64,000 nt of DNA from an uncultured Chloroflexia bacterium (GCA_963728205.1 CAVSIV010000004.1:1-64000), one strand, 5' to 3'. Shown: positions 10,001 through 21,191, counted from the stretch's first letter. Notes: generated by a model not told the origin, from the sequence alone. A program made the numbers and translations.

Positions 10001-12318
10001 ATGACCACCACCGAGCGCCCCGCGCAGACCGCCCCCCGCCGCGTCGTCGGCACGCGCCCCGTGCGGCCCGACGGCACCGACAAGGTCACCGGCCGCGCCG
10101 TCTACGGCGCCGACATCCGCATGCCGGGCATGCTCTTCGGCCGCGTGAAGCGCAGCCCGCACGCCCACGCGCGCATCCTGCGCGTCGACGCCTCGAAGGC
10201 GCTCGCGCTGCCCGGCGTGCTCGCGGTCGTCACCGCCGCCGACTTCCCCTCCGGCGGTGCCGAGGCCGTCCCGACGGTCCGCGGCCCGGTCCCGCTGCAG
10301 TGGCAGATCGACCGCGTGATCGCGCGCGACAAGGCGCTCTTCCGCGGCCACCCGGTCGCCGCCGTCTGCGCGACCGACCCGCACCTCGCCGAGGACGCGC
10401 TCGAGCTCGTCGAGGTCGAGTACGAGGTCCTCCCGCCGGTGATGAGCGCGCGCGACGCCATGGCGCCGTCCGCGCCGCTCCTCCACGAGGACGAGATCGC
10501 CGACGTCGTCCCGGGCCTGATGCAGACGGTCGACGGCCGCCGCACGAACATCGCGCGGCGCGTCGAGATGCGGCTCGGCGACCTCGACGCGGGCTTCGCG
10601 CAGGCCGACGTCGTGATCGAGCGCGAGTTCGAGACGGCCATGGCGCACCAGGGCTACATCGAGCCGCACAACGGCACCGCGCACTGGAACCACGACGGCC
10701 GGCTCACGGTGTGGACGAGCACGCAGGGCGCCTTCGGCGTGCGCACGCAGCTCGCCGAGGTGCTGCAGATCCCCGTGTCGCAGATCCGCGTCGTGCCGCT
10801 CGAGATCGGCGGCGGATTCGGCGGCAAGCTCGTCGTCTACCTCGAGCCGCTCGCCGCGCTGCTCTCGAAGAAGGCCGGCCGCCCCGTGCAGATGACGATG
10901 TCGCGCGCCGAGGTCTTCGAGGCGAGCGGGCCCACGTCGGCGACCACCTCGCGCGTGCGCATCGGCGCGAAGCGCGACGGCACGCTGGTGGCCGGCGAGG
11001 CGCACCTCGTCTACGAGGCCGGCGCGTACCCCGGCGCGCCGGTGCCGGGCGGGGCGCGCTGCGCGTTCGCGCCGTACGACCTGCCGCACCAGCGCGTCGA
11101 GGGCTACGAGGTGCTGGTGAACAAGCCGAAGGTCGCGGCCTACCGCGCGCCGGGCGCGCCACAGGCGGAGTTCGCGGTGGAGTCCGTGATCGACGAGCTC
11201 GCGGCCGAGCTCGGCATGGACCCGATGGAGCTGCGGCTGAAGAACGCGGCGAAGCAGGGCGGGCGGCGGCCCGACGGCGCCGTGCACGGCGTGATCGGAG
11301 CGGTCGACGTGATGGAGGCCGTGCAGCGCAGCCCGCACTACCAGTCCGAGCTCACCCCGCCGACCGACCCGCGCAAGGCGCGCGGCCGCGGCGTCGCGAT
11401 GGGCTTCTGGCAGAACGCCGGCAACGAGTCGAGCGCGTACGCGAACGTGCAGGCCGACGGCACCGTGAACCTCGTGGTCGGCTCCGTCGACATCGGCGGC
11501 CAGCGCGCGTCGCTCGCGATGCAGGTCGCGGAGACGCTCGGCATCCCCTACGCCGACGTGCGCCCGCTCGTCACCGACACCGACTCGGTCGGCTACACGG
11601 CGAACACCGGCGGCAGCCGCACGACCTTCGCGACCGGCTGGGCCGTGCACGAGGCCGCGATGGACCTGCGTCGCCAGCTCGCGACGCGCGCGGCGCAGAA
11701 TCTGGGAGGTCGACGCCGCGGACGTCACGTACGACGACGACGGCGTGGTGCGTGGCCCGGACGACCGCGCGATGACGTTCCGCGAGCTCGCCGGGCGGCT
11801 GTCGAGCACCGGCGGCATGGTCTCCGGGCGCGCCGACGTCACGCTGTCGACGGTGGGCGGCGCGGTGGGACCGGCGTTCGCCGCGCACCTCGTCGACCTC
11901 GAGGTCGACCGCGAGACCGGGAAGGTGGAGGTGCTGCGCTACACGGCCGTGCAGGACGTCGGCACCGCCATCCACCCGTCGTACGTCGAGGGGCAGATCC
12001 AGGGCGGCGCCGCGCAGGGCATGGGCATGGCGCTGAACGAGGAGTACGTCTATCAACGACCGCGGCGGGATGAGCAACGCGTCGTACCTCGACTACCGCA
12101 TGCCGGTGGCGAACGACCTGCCGATGCTCGAGACCGTCGCTCGTCGAGGTGCCGAACCCCGGTCATCCGTTCGGCGTGCGCGGGTCGGCGAGGTGCCGAT
12201 CGTGCCGCCGCTCGGCGCCGTCGCGAACGCGCTGAGCGCCGCGCTCGGCACGCGCGTGACGCGCCTCCCCGCGACGCCGCAGGCGATCCTCGAGGCGCTC
12301 TCCGCGCTCGACGCGTAG
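10001..12318 (+). CDS. Xanthine dehydrogenase/CoxL-family molybdopterin-binding subunit; frameshifts at about 11700, 12055, 12140 and 12180
   Basis: DKVTGRAVY, RSPHAHARI-like segment, GGGFGGK, AYRAPG, VEGQIQGG, DYRMP, GEVP. Confidence 0.9.
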
Positions 12319-12342
12319 CGGGCCTCTGAGGGGAAACCGGCG

Positions 12343-12606
12343 ATGGTGACGGTGCACATCCCCACGGCGCTGCGCCCGCGCACCGGCGGCGTCGAGGTCG
12401 TCGAGGTCGCGGCCGGCTCGCTGCGCGCGGTGATCGACGCGCTCGACGCGCGCTTCCCCGGCCTCCGCGACGACGTGGTCGCCGACGACCGGCTGCGCCC
12501 GGAGCTCGCCGTCTCGATCGACGGCGTGATCGCCGAGCGCGGCCTCGTCGAGCCGATCCCCGACGCCGCGGAGGTCTACCTCATCGCCGCGATCGGCGGC
12601 GGCTAG
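12343..12606 (+). CDS. MoaD/ThiS family sulfur carrier
   Basis: 87 aa ubiquitin-like protein, VHIPTALR...AIGGG C-terminus. Confidence 0.85.
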   Translation: MVTVHIPTALRPRTGGVEVVEVAAGSLRAVIDALDARFPGLRDDVVADDRLRPELAVSIDGVIAERGLVEPIPDAAEVYLIAAIGGG

Positions 12607-12711
12607 GCGAGCAGGGTGCGTCAGCGCCCTGTTTCCGGCCAGCGAACCGGCAGAGGTTCCCAGACGCGGCGGCGCGACCTCACGCCGCTCTCACGCTGCC
12701 CCCGAGGCCCA

Positions 12712-12744
<33 letters not shown>

Positions 12745-12754
12745 GCCCCGTCGC

Positions 12755-13225
12755 TCACGCCACCCGCTCGCGAGGAAACATCCCCTCGAGCACCCGCCGC
12801 CGGTGCGCGAAGATCCCAGCCACCCGCCGCGCCACCACCCACCGGTTCACCCAGTCCCCGACCACCCCGAACGGCAGGGCGTAGTGCACGATGTCGCGCA
12901 TCTCCACGCCGCCCGGCACCTCCCGGAAGTGATGCTCGTGATGCCACAGCCGGTACGGCCCCGCACGCTGCTCGTCCACGAAGTACTCCCCCGCCCGCAC
13001 CTGCGTGATCTCGGTGAGCCACGTCACCGGGACCCCGAACAGCGGCCGTACGCGGTAACGGATCATCAGCCCCGGATACGCCTCGCGCGGCAGCGGCGAC
13101 CGCACCTCGAACCCCATGTCCGGCGGCGTGATTCGCTGCAGGTTCGCCGGGTCCGAGAAGAACGCCCACGCCTCGTCGCGGCTCAGCGGCAGCACCTGGA
13201 CGCACTCGAGCCGGTGCACGCTCAC
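12755..13225 (-). CDS. SRPBCC family protein
   Basis: AWAFFSDPANLQRITPP, FVDEQRAGPYRLWHHEHHF, IFAHRR; GTGA overlap with the upstream gene. Confidence 0.88.
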   Translation of the reverse strand: MSVHRLECVQVLPLSRDEAWAFFSDPANLQRITPPDMGFEVRSPLPREAYPGLMIRYRVRPLFGVPVTWLTEITQVRAGEYFVDEQRAGPYRLWHHEHHFREVPGGVEMRDIVHYALPFGVVGDWVNRWVVARRVAGIFAHRRRVLEGMFPRERVA

Positions 13226-14130
13226 CGCGCACCGCCCTGTCCGAGCATCCGCTCCAGCGCGGGCTCGAGGCGCGGGTCCGCGAAGGCGAAGCCGGCCGCC
13301 TGCAGGCGGCCCGGCACCGCGCGCTGGCTGATCAGCAGCGTCTCGTTTGCGCGATCGGCGCCGAAGACCAGTCGCAGCACCGGCGCGGGCAGCGGCATCA
13401 CCGTCGGCCGGTGCAGCACGTGGCCGATCACCCTGGTGAACTCGCGGTTCGTCACCGGCTCCGGCGCCGTGACGTTCACCGGTCCGTCGAGCGACGCCTC
13501 GCGCAGCGCGAAGTCGATCGCCGCAACGGCGTCCTCGAGCGTGACCCAGCTGAACCACTGGCGGCCGCTCCCAAGCGGCCCACCCACCCCCATGCGGAAC
13601 GGCGGGAGCAACCGCTGCAGCAGCTCGCCGTCCGGCGCCAGGATCGGCGCGAGGCGCGCCGCGACCGTGCGCACGCCGAGCTCGCGCGACCGCCACGCCT
13701 CGGCCTCCCAGTCGACGACGAGGTCGGCGAGGAAGCCGGCGCCACGCGCGGCGTCCTCCGTCAGCGCCTCGCCGCCGCGGTCCCCGTAGTAGCCCACCGC
13801 CGACGCCGTCACGAGCACGCCGGGGCGCTGCGACAGCGTCGCGAGGTGGTCGACGAGCGTGCGCGTCGCGTCGACGCGGCTCTCGCGCAGCAGCGCCCGC
13901 CGGCTCGCGGTCCAGCGCGCGCCACCGATGGACACGCCCGTGAGATGCGCAACGGCGTCGACGCCCTCGAGCGCGCCCGCGCGAAACCAGCCGCGCGCCG
14001 GGTTCCAGTGCGCGGCGGGATCGGTCGGGTCGCCGCGCCGCACGTGCAGCACCTCGTCGCCGCGCGCCGCGATCCGCGCAGCCAGCGCGCTCCCGATGAA
14101 TCCCGAGCTCCCGGTGATCGCCACCCGCAT
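13222..14130 (-). CDS. TIGR01777 family NAD-dependent epimerase-like oxidoreductase
   Basis: ITGSSGFIG, ASAVGYYG, GGPLGSGRQWFSWV, GPVNVTAPEPVTNREF. Confidence 0.92.
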   Translation of the reverse strand: MRVAITGSSGFIGSALAARIAARGDEVLHVRRGDPTDPAAHWNPARGWFRAGALEGVDAVAHLTGVSIGGARWTASRRALLRESRVDATRTLVDHLATLSQRPGVLVTASAVGYYGDRGGEALTEDAARGAGFLADLVVDWEAEAWRSRELGVRTVAARLAPILAPDGELLQRLLPPFRMGVGGPLGSGRQWFSWVTLEDAVAAIDFALREASLDGPVNVTAPEPVTNREFTRVIGHVLHRPTVMPLPAPVLRLVFGADRANETLLISQRAVPGRLQAAGFAFADPRLEPALERMLGQGGAR

Positions 14131-14163
14131 CGCGGCCTCCCCTGTCACTCCGCCGACGAACCG

Positions 14164-14212
14164 TTGCAGTTCTTGTGCAAAGAGACTACTATTCTCGTCA
14201 CTTATTCGTCAA
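14164..14212. promoter_or_regulatory. Overlapping divergent sigma70-like promoters (heliorhodopsin / TIGR01777)
   Basis: Plus strand TTGCAG(14164)-N17-TACTAT(14187); minus strand TTGACG(14212)-N18-TAGTCT(14188). Both lie in an AT-rich patch. Confidence 0.55.
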
Positions 14213-14267
14213 CGACGCGCCCGGTGATCAACTTCCGTACCAGCAGATGCCCGCAAGGAGCCCATCG

Positions 14268-15074
14268 ATGCAGCAGGCCACCACCGGCACCGGCCGACCC
14301 GCGAGTGCCGGCACCGCATCCGACCCGATGCCCGGGTTGCGCCGCTTCAACCTGCTGATGGCGGCGCTGCACGCGGCGCAGGGCGCGCTCATGCTCGCGC
14401 TCAGCTCCGGCTTCGCGCTCCCCGTCACGACGTCCTTCCTGCACTTCGACGCGGCGACCAACCGTCTCGTCTCCGACCCGCGCGTGCTCTGGGACGTGCG
14501 CATCGGTCCGCTCGTCGCCGCGTTCCTCTTCCTCTCCGCCGCGGCGCACCTCGCCGTCGGCACGGTCGCCTTCGACCGCTACCGGCGCGACCTTGCGCGC
14601 GGCGTGAATTACGCGCGGTGGGCGGAGTACGCGCTCAGCTCGTCGCTCATGATCGTCGTGATCGCGATGCTGGTCGGGATCTACGATGCGGTCGCGCTGC
14701 TCATGGCGTTCGGCCTGAACGCCACCATGATCCTGTTCGGCTGGATGATGGAGCTGCACAACCAGCGCACCGATCGGACCGACTGGACCGCGTTCATCTT
14801 CGGCTCGATCGCCGGCGCTCTGCCGTGGGTGGCGGTGGCGCTGTACCTGTTCTCGCCGGGCGAAACGAGCAATCCGCCGGGCTTCGTCTACGCGATCTTT
14901 GGCTCGATCTTTCTCTTCTTCAATGTCTTCGCCGTAAACATGGTCCTGCAGTACCGCAAGGTCGGGCGGTGGCGCGACTACCTGTACGGCGAGCGCGTCT
15001 ACATCGTGCTCAGCCTCGTCGCGAAGTCGGCGCTGGCGTGGCAGGTGTTCGCCGGGACGCTGCGGCCGAGCTAG
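14268..15074 (+). CDS. Heliorhodopsin
   Basis: 7TM; FNLLMAALHAAQG, SAAAH, NYARWAEYALSSS, YLYGERVYIVLSLVAKSALAWQVF (retinal Lys in SLVAK); AAGGAG RBS. Confidence 0.95.
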   Translation: MQQATTGTGRPASAGTASDPMPGLRRFNLLMAALHAAQGALMLALSSGFALPVTTSFLHFDAATNRLVSDPRVLWDVRIGPLVAAFLFLSAAAHLAVGTVAFDRYRRDLARGVNYARWAEYALSSSLMIVVIAMLVGIYDAVALLMAFGLNATMILFGWMMELHNQRTDRTDWTAFIFGSIAGALPWVAVALYLFSPGETSNPPGFVYAIFGSIFLFFNVFAVNMVLQYRKVGRWRDYLYGERVYIVLSLVAKSALAWQVFAGTLRPS

Positions 15075-15099
15075 GCGGGCGCAGGCGACGCGCGCCGGC

Positions 15100-16599
15100 C
15101 TACGCCTCCTCAGCCCAGGCCAGCGCGCGCTCGACGGCGCGCGTCCACGTCGCGCGGCGCGATGCGCGCTCGGCGGCGTCCATGCGCGGCTCGAACGTGC
15201 GGTCGGCGCGCCACAGCGACGCGACCTCGTCGCGCGAGGCCCACGTCCCGGCACCGAGCCCCGCGAGGAACGCCGCGCCGAGCGCGGTCGTCTCGATCGT
15301 CCACGGGCGCGTCACCGGCACGCCGGCGAGGTCGGCCTGCAGCTGCATCAGCAGGTCGTTGCGCGCAGCGCCGCCGTCGACGCGCAGGTCGCGCACCGGC
15401 GACGGCAGGTCCGCGTTCATCGCGTCGAGCAGGTCGCACGACGCGAGCGCGATGGCGTCGAGCGCGGCCCGCGCGAGGTGCGCCTTCGACGTGCCGCGCG
15501 TGAGCCCGAGGATGGTCCCGCGCGCGTGCGGGTCCCAGTGCGGCGCGCCGAGCCCGGTGAACGCCGGCACGAACGTGACGCCGCCAGCGTCCGGCACCGA
15601 CGCGGCCAGCGCCTCGATGTCCGCGGACTCGCGGATGATGCCGAGTTCGTCGCGCAGCCACTGCACGACCGCCCCCGCGACGAAGAGGGACCCCTCCAGC
15701 ACGTACTGGGGACGGTCCGCGCGGCTGTCGGCGCCGAGGGTGAGCAGCAGGCGGTGCTGTGAAAACGCCGGCTGCGACCCGGCATCGGCGAGCAGGAACG
15801 CGCCGGTGCCGTAGGTGTGCTTTGCCTGGCCCGGCGCCGTGCAGCACTGGCCGAACAGCGCCGACTGCTGGTCGCCGGCGATGCCGGCGATCGGGACCGC
15901 CGCGCCGATCGCCTCGACGGTCGTCGTCCCGAACGCGGAACTCGACGGCTGCACGTCCGGGAGCAGCGCGCGCGGCACCGCGAGCAGCCCGCACAGCTCG
16001 TCGTCCCAGTCGCGCTCGACGATGTCGAAGAGCAGCGTGCGACTGGCGTTGGTGAGGTCGGTGACGTGGCGCCCGCCGGTCAGCTTCCAGGTCAGCCAGG
16101 CGTCGACGGTGCCCGCCGCGAGCTCGCCCCGCTCGGCGCGCGCGCGCAGCTCGGGGCGCTCGCGCAGCAGCCAGGTCAGCTTCGTGCCGCTGAAGTACGG
16201 GTCAAGCGTGAGGCCGGTGCGCCGCGCGAAGGTCGGCTCGTGGCCGGCCTCGCGCAGCTCGGCGCAGATCGCGGCGGTGCGGCGATCCTGCCACACGATC
16301 GCGGGCGCGACGGGCGCGCCGGTGGCACGGTCCCACACGACGACGGTCTCGCGCTGGTTCGTGATGCCGACCGCCGCCAGGTCGCCGGCCGCGATCCCGG
16401 CGGCCTCGAGCGCGCCGGCGACCGCCGTGCGCGTCGTCGACCAGATCTCATCGGCGTCGTGCTCGACCCAGCCCGGGCGCGGGAAGTGCTGCGCGAACGG
16501 CACCTGCCCGACGCCGCGGATGTCGGCGGCCGCGTCGAAGACCAGCGCGCGCGAGCTCGTCGTGCCCTGGTCGATGGCGAGGATGAAGGGGCCGGGCAT
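15100..16599 (-). CDS. glpK: Glycerol kinase
   Basis: [57 protein letters not shown]. Confidence 0.95.
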   Translation of the reverse strand: MPGPFILAIDQGTTSSRALVFDAAADIRGVGQVPFAQHFPRPGWVEHDADEIWSTTRTAVAGALEAAGIAAGDLAAVGITNQRETVVVWDRATGAPVAPAIVWQDRRTAAICAELREAGHEPTFARRTGLTLDPYFSGTKLTWLLRERPELRARAERGELAAGTVDAWLTWKLTGGRHVTDLTNASRTLLFDIVERDWDDELCGLLAVPRALLPDVQPSSSAFGTTTVEAIGAAVPIAGIAGDQQSALFGQCCTAPGQAKHTYGTGAFLLADAGSQPAFSQHRLLLTLGADSRADRPQYVLEGSLFVAGAVVQWLRDELGIIRESADIEALAASVPDAGGVTFVPAFTGLGAPHWDPHARGTILGLTRGTSKAHLARAALDAIALASCDLLDAMNADLPSPVRDLRVDGGAARNDLLMQLQADLAGVPVTRPWTIETTALGAAFLAGLGAGTWASRDEVASLWRADRTFEPRMDAAERASRRATWTRAVERALAWAEEA

Positions 16600-16746
16600 G
16601 CGCCGGAATATACGGGCGGCCGCCGAGCGTGGGCCAGCCGTGGCTCCCGCCCGCGCTCCCGGCGTCACGCCCGGCCCGCGCGCAGCGACCAGGCGCGGTG
16701 GGCGGGGAAGCCGCACCTGGCCGCTGCGCGCGGGCCGGCGGCCGCG

Positions 16747-18437
16747 TCAGGCGGAGACGTGGATCGTCGGCACCGCCCGCGGACGCCGGAAGGCGCGCTC
16801 GGGCGGGCCGGCAATCGCGTCGATCGCCGCCTCCGTGGTCGCGAAGACGTTGTGCCGGCCCAGCCGCGCCACGATCCCGAAGCGCTCCAGGACGGGCTCG
16901 AGCTCGGGCTGGACCTCGGTCAGGATCAGCCGCTCGCCGCGGCGGCGGCGGTGCTCGATGATGCCGTCGAGCGTGAGCAGCCCCGATGTGTCGACGTGGT
17001 GCACGTCCCGCATGCGCAGCACCAGCGGGCGGTGGTCGGCGCCGCGCAGCCGGTACTCGAACGCCGCGCGCTGTGGAACGAGAGCGCGCCCTGCGCGTTG
17101 AAGAACGCGAGCTCCGGGTGCGCCTGCATCAGCGCGCCCAGCTCCAGCGGCACCTGCGCGATGCGCCCCGTCGCGTCCGGCAGCAGCTCGTGCACGGCCG
17201 GCACCCGCACCAGCCGCCGCATCAGCAGCACGGCCGACGCCAGCACGCCGAAGCCGATCGCCCAGCTGAGGTCGAGGAACAGCGTGATCGCCAGCGTCGC
17301 CACCAGCACGAGGAGCTCCTCGCGCGGCGCGCTCCGCAGCAGCTTCGCGACCTCCGGGACGTCGGCGATGTTCCACGCGACCACGAGCAACACGGCGGCG
17401 AGCGCGGTCAGCGGAATGTGCCCGATCACGGGCGCGAGCACGACCGTGGCGGCGAGCACCGTCAGTGAGTGGAACACGCCGGTGAGCCGCGAGGTCGCGC
17501 CGTTCTTGATGCCGGCGCCGGTGCGCGCGATCGCCGCGGTGGCCGGGATGCCGCCCAGCAGCGGCGAGACCAGGTTTGCGAGCCCCTGCCCGCGCAGCTC
17601 CCGGTCGGGGTCGTGGCGCTCGACGTCGTTCGACATGCCGTCGGCGACCATCGCGCTGAGCAGCGACTCCACCGCGCCCAGGACCGCGACCGCGACCGCC
17701 GCCGGCAGCAGCGCCGGGACGAGCGAGAGGTCGAGGAAGCCGGCGCTCGGGCGCGGCAGCGACGCCGGCAGGCTGCCGTAGCGGCTCGCGATGGTCGGGG
17801 TGTCGAGGTGGAGTCCCCACGCGAGCGCGGTCACGGTCGCGACGGCGACGAGCGCGGCGGGGACGCGCGACGAGACGCGCGGCCAGGTGAGCAGGATCGC
17901 GACGGCGCCGAGGCCGAGCAGCGGCGTCGTGCCGCCAATCGTGCCAAGGTGCGTCACCGTGTCCCACAGCTTCTGGTGGAAGTGATCGAGCGCGGGGTTC
18001 GTGCCACGCACCGCGAGGAACGCGTTGAGCTGGCCGAACCCGATCGACAGCGCGATGCCCGCGGTGAAGCCGACGACGACGAGCCCCGGCATGTAGCGCG
18101 CGAGGCGGCCGAGCCGCAGCGCGCTCATGGCGAGCAGCAGCACGCCGGCCATCAGCCCGACCATCGGCAGCGCGGCCACGCCGTGCTGCTGGACGACCGC
18201 GGTCAGCACGGGGACGAGCGCCGCGGTGGGGCCGGTGATGTTGTAGCGCGAGCCGCCGAACACGGCCGCCACCGCGCCGGCGAACGCCGCCGTGTAGAGG
18301 CCGGCGACCGGCGTCACGCCGACCGCGACCGCGAGCGCGATCGAGAGCGGCAGCGCGATCACGCCGACGACGACGCCGGCTACCGCGTTGCGCCGCCACT
18401 CGCCCGCCGGGGGGAGAGCACGAGGCATCCGGGACAT
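16747..18437 (-). CDS. SulP/SLC26 family anion transporter with STAS domain; frameshift at about 17070
   Basis: AGVVVGVIALPLSIALA, GGSRYNITGPTAA, ESLLSAMVAD, GGIPATAAIART; STAS LRMRDVHHVDTSG in the alternate frame. Confidence 0.9.
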
Positions 18438-18487
18438 GAGGGCGCGGCACTTCCGGCGGCTGCACGCCGCCTCCAGCGAACCAGGTG

Positions 18488-18618
18488 TCGCTTCCGTGCC
18501 TGCGAGGTGAGCTGACGGGTTCGGGCGGAAGTGCCCGTCCTCCGTGGGCTTGCGCCGCGGGAGGATTCACCCCCGGGACTGGGTCCCCCGCTCCGGCCGT
18601 GGCCGGATTCGGCAGGTC
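18488..18618 (-). ncRNA. Cyclic di-AMP riboswitch (ydaO-yuaA)
   Basis: Minus strand reads GCCGAATCC...GCGGGGGACCC...GGGGTGAATC...GGGCAC-TTCC-GCCCGAACCCGTCAGCTCACCTCGCAGGC, matching the conserved ydaO blocks. Located about 50 nt upstream of the SulP start. Confidence 0.88.
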
Positions 18619-18911
18619 GCCCTGCGGCGACCGATGCATTGAGTATCGGCGCACATCGGACTGTATGGAAGAGCGATCGGCCAGAAACGAGAGAAATGGG
18701 CCGGATGCATCGGGAGCCGCGGGCATCCCCCGGCGGCTGTTCTCCGCGACGAGCGCACCGCCGGCATGCTGCGGTGCCCTCCCGCGGCGAGCCGCCGGCA
18801 CCCTCCCGCGGCAGTTCCCGCCGCCCTCTCCGGCCCGGGTTGCCCCCCGAGCGCATGTTATAAGTCATCCGCTCCGCCGAACCCGGCGCCGCGCACTCGA
18901 GGAGCACAGCC

Positions 18912-21191
18912 ATGCCCAACCCACTCCCCCGCCCCGAGGACTGCCTCGCCCAGGTGGACGGCGCGCTCTCGCTCGCCGGGCTCGACGGCCCTGTCCGCAT
19001 CGTGCGCGACCGCTGGGGCATCCCCCATATCGACGCCACCACGAGCCGCGACGCCTTCTTCGCGCAGGGCTTCTGCATGGCACAGGACCGGCTCTTCCAG
19101 ATCGAGCTCTACCGGCGCATGGCGCGCGGCACCTCGGCGGCGATGCTGAACAAGGGGCTGCTGAACCGCGACATCCAGAACCGGCGGCTCGGCTTCGGCC
19201 GCTTCGCCGACCGCGAGTGGGACGCGCAGACGCCGGCCGCCCGCGCCGCGCTGCAGGCCTACGCCGACGGCATCAACGCCGCCGTCGCCACCCAGCCCGT
19301 GCCGTTCGAGTTCCGCGTGCTGGGCCACGAGATGACGCCGTGGACGCCGGCCGACTCGCTCGCCGTGATCAAGATGGTGAGCGCGAACACGCAGTGGGCG
19401 AGCAAGCTCAAGTACGCGAAGGTCGCCGCCGTGATGGGCGCCGAGGCGCTGCAGGCGATGGTCCCCGACGTGGCTGTGGGAGACGCCATCATCACCCCGC
19501 CGGGCGGCCGCTGGATCGAGGAGGAGCACCCGTTCGCGCGCGACATCGAGTCGGCGATGGGCATCCCCGACGGCGTGATCGCGTCGGGCGGCGGCTCGAA
19601 CTGCTGGGTGATCCACGGCAGCCGGACCGACACCGGAGCGCCGATCGTCTGCGGCGACCCGCACCTCGCGATCGGCGTGCCCGGCCAGTGGTACGTCGTG
19701 CACATGCGCTGCCCCGAGTTCACCGCGGCCGGCCCCTGCAATCCCTGCTACCCGGGCCCGGTCTTCTACGGGCACAACACGCACGTCGCGTGGACGATGA
19801 CGCATGCTCAGGGCGACCGCTGGGACCTCTACCGCGAGCGCATCCGGCAGGGCGAGCACGGCCCCGAGGCGCTGTTCCGCGGCAACTGGGAGCCGCTGAC
19901 CCGTCGCGAAGAGCACTTCGCCGTGCGCGGCGCCGACGACGCCACCGTTGTGATGTGGGACACCCGCCACGGCCCGGTCATCTCCGGCGACCCCGAGCGC
20001 GACGACGAGGTGGTCGCCGCGCGCTGGGGCCTCGCCGACCCGGCGCACGACATGGACGCCACGCTGGCGGTCCTCGCCGCCCGCACCGCCGCCGAGGCAC
20101 GCGAGGGCTTCCGCCGCTACGACTCCGTGAGCGGCAACTATTGCTTCGCCGACACCGCGGGCGACATCGGCTACCAGTACTCGGGCCGCGTCCCGCGGCG
20201 CCCGGCGTGGGTGGTCCCGGTCCCGGGCTGGGACGGCGACCACGAGTGGGACGGCGACGTGCCGAAGGACGAGCTGCCCATCGCGGACAATCCCGCGAAC
20301 GGCTTCGTCGTCACCGCGAACAACCGCACGACGACGCCCGACTACCCGCACTACCTCACCTACTCGCAGACGCCGTTCCGCGCGAACCGTCTGCGCGAGC
20401 TGATGGACGCCACGGAGGTCTTCCGCCTCGACGCCATGCCCGAGCTGCAGTCGGACCAGGTCAGCCTGCATGCGCGCGCGATGGCGTCGCTGTTCACGTC
20501 GTTCCGCGCGCAGGACCCGGACGCCCGCGCGATGCAGGAGGTGCTCGCGGGGTGGGACGGGCACCTCGCGCCCGACAGCGCCGCGGCGCTCGTGTACCAC
20601 GAGGCGTGCCAGCGGCTCGTCGAGTCGACCGTGCACCGCTACTACGCGTCGGTGCCGGGGTTGCCGGCATGGGTCCCGGGCGACGACCGCCGCATCGTCT
20701 TCGAGCAGGTGCGAGCGGACTCGCCGCTGATGCTCGGCGAGTTCTCGTCGTGGGCGGCCGCCGCCGAGCGGGCACTGGCCGATGCCGCCCCTCGGCTCCG
20801 AGAGCGCCACGGCGCCGACGCGTCGCGCTGGCGCTGGGCCGACGAGCACCGCATGGCGTGGAAGCACAACCTCGGCCGGGATCCGGAGCTGGCGAAGGTC
20901 GTCGACCTGCCGGCGGTCGCGCTCGGCGGCGACGTCTTCACCCCGTTCAACACGCACACCGCGTACGGCGCCGCGTCGGATCACGGCGTCTCGTTCCGCC
21001 AGGTGCTCGACCTCTCCGACCTGAACGCCGCGCGCATCTGCATCCCGCCCGGCAACTCCGGCCAGCCGGGTTCGCCGCACTACGGCGACAACCTCGAGCG
21101 CTGGGCGAACGTCGAGTACCACCCGCTGTTCGTGGACTGGAGCGACATCGAGGCGAACGCCGAGGCCGAGCTGACGCTGTCCCCCGCCTGA
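18912..21191 (+). CDS. Penicillin acylase family (Ntn hydrolase)
   Basis: RDRWGIPHI, AQDRLFQIE, GGGSNCWVI (Ser nucleophile), GDPHL, GNSGQPGSPHY; no signal peptide. Confidence 0.93.
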   Translation: MPNPLPRPEDCLAQVDGALSLAGLDGPVRIVRDRWGIPHIDATTSRDAFFAQGFCMAQDRLFQIELYRRMARGTSAAMLNKGLLNRDIQNRRLGFGRFADREWDAQTPAARAALQAYADGINAAVATQPVPFEFRVLGHEMTPWTPADSLAVIKMVSANTQWASKLKYAKVAAVMGAEALQAMVPDVAVGDAIITPPGGRWIEEEHPFARDIESAMGIPDGVIASGGGSNCWVIHGSRTDTGAPIVCGDPHLAIGVPGQWYVVHMRCPEFTAAGPCNPCYPGPVFYGHNTHVAWTMTHAQGDRWDLYRERIRQGEHGPEALFRGNWEPLTRREEHFAVRGADDATVVMWDTRHGPVISGDPERDDEVVAARWGLADPAHDMDATLAVLAARTAAEAREGFRRYDSVSGNYCFADTAGDIGYQYSGRVPRRPAWVVPVPGWDGDHEWDGDVPKDELPIADNPANGFVVTANNRTTTPDYPHYLTYSQTPFRANRLRELMDATEVFRLDAMPELQSDQVSLHARAMASLFTSFRAQDPDARAMQEVLAGWDGHLAPDSAAALVYHEACQRLVESTVHRYYASVPGLPAWVPGDDRRIVFEQVRADSPLMLGEFSSWAAAAERALADAAPRLRERHGADASRWRWADEHRMAWKHNLGRDPELAKVVDLPAVALGGDVFTPFNTHTAYGAASDHGVSFRQVLDLSDLNAARICIPPGNSGQPGSPHYGDNLERWANVEYHPLFVDWSDIEANAEAELTLSPA

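Noticed and set aside
10001-12318. Pseudogene or programmed-frameshift interpretation of the broken genes
   Set aside because: Single-base indels are scattered across nine unrelated genes with otherwise intact motifs and no slippery sites; sequencing error is more parsimonious.
10001-12318. Aerobic CO dehydrogenase (form I coxL)
   Set aside because: Lacks AYxCSFR (has AYRAPG) and has no coxMS neighbours.
14268-15074. Proton-pumping type-1 rhodopsin
   Set aside because: Motifs are heliorhodopsin-specific (RWxEY, SLVAK), not RYxDW/DxxxK.
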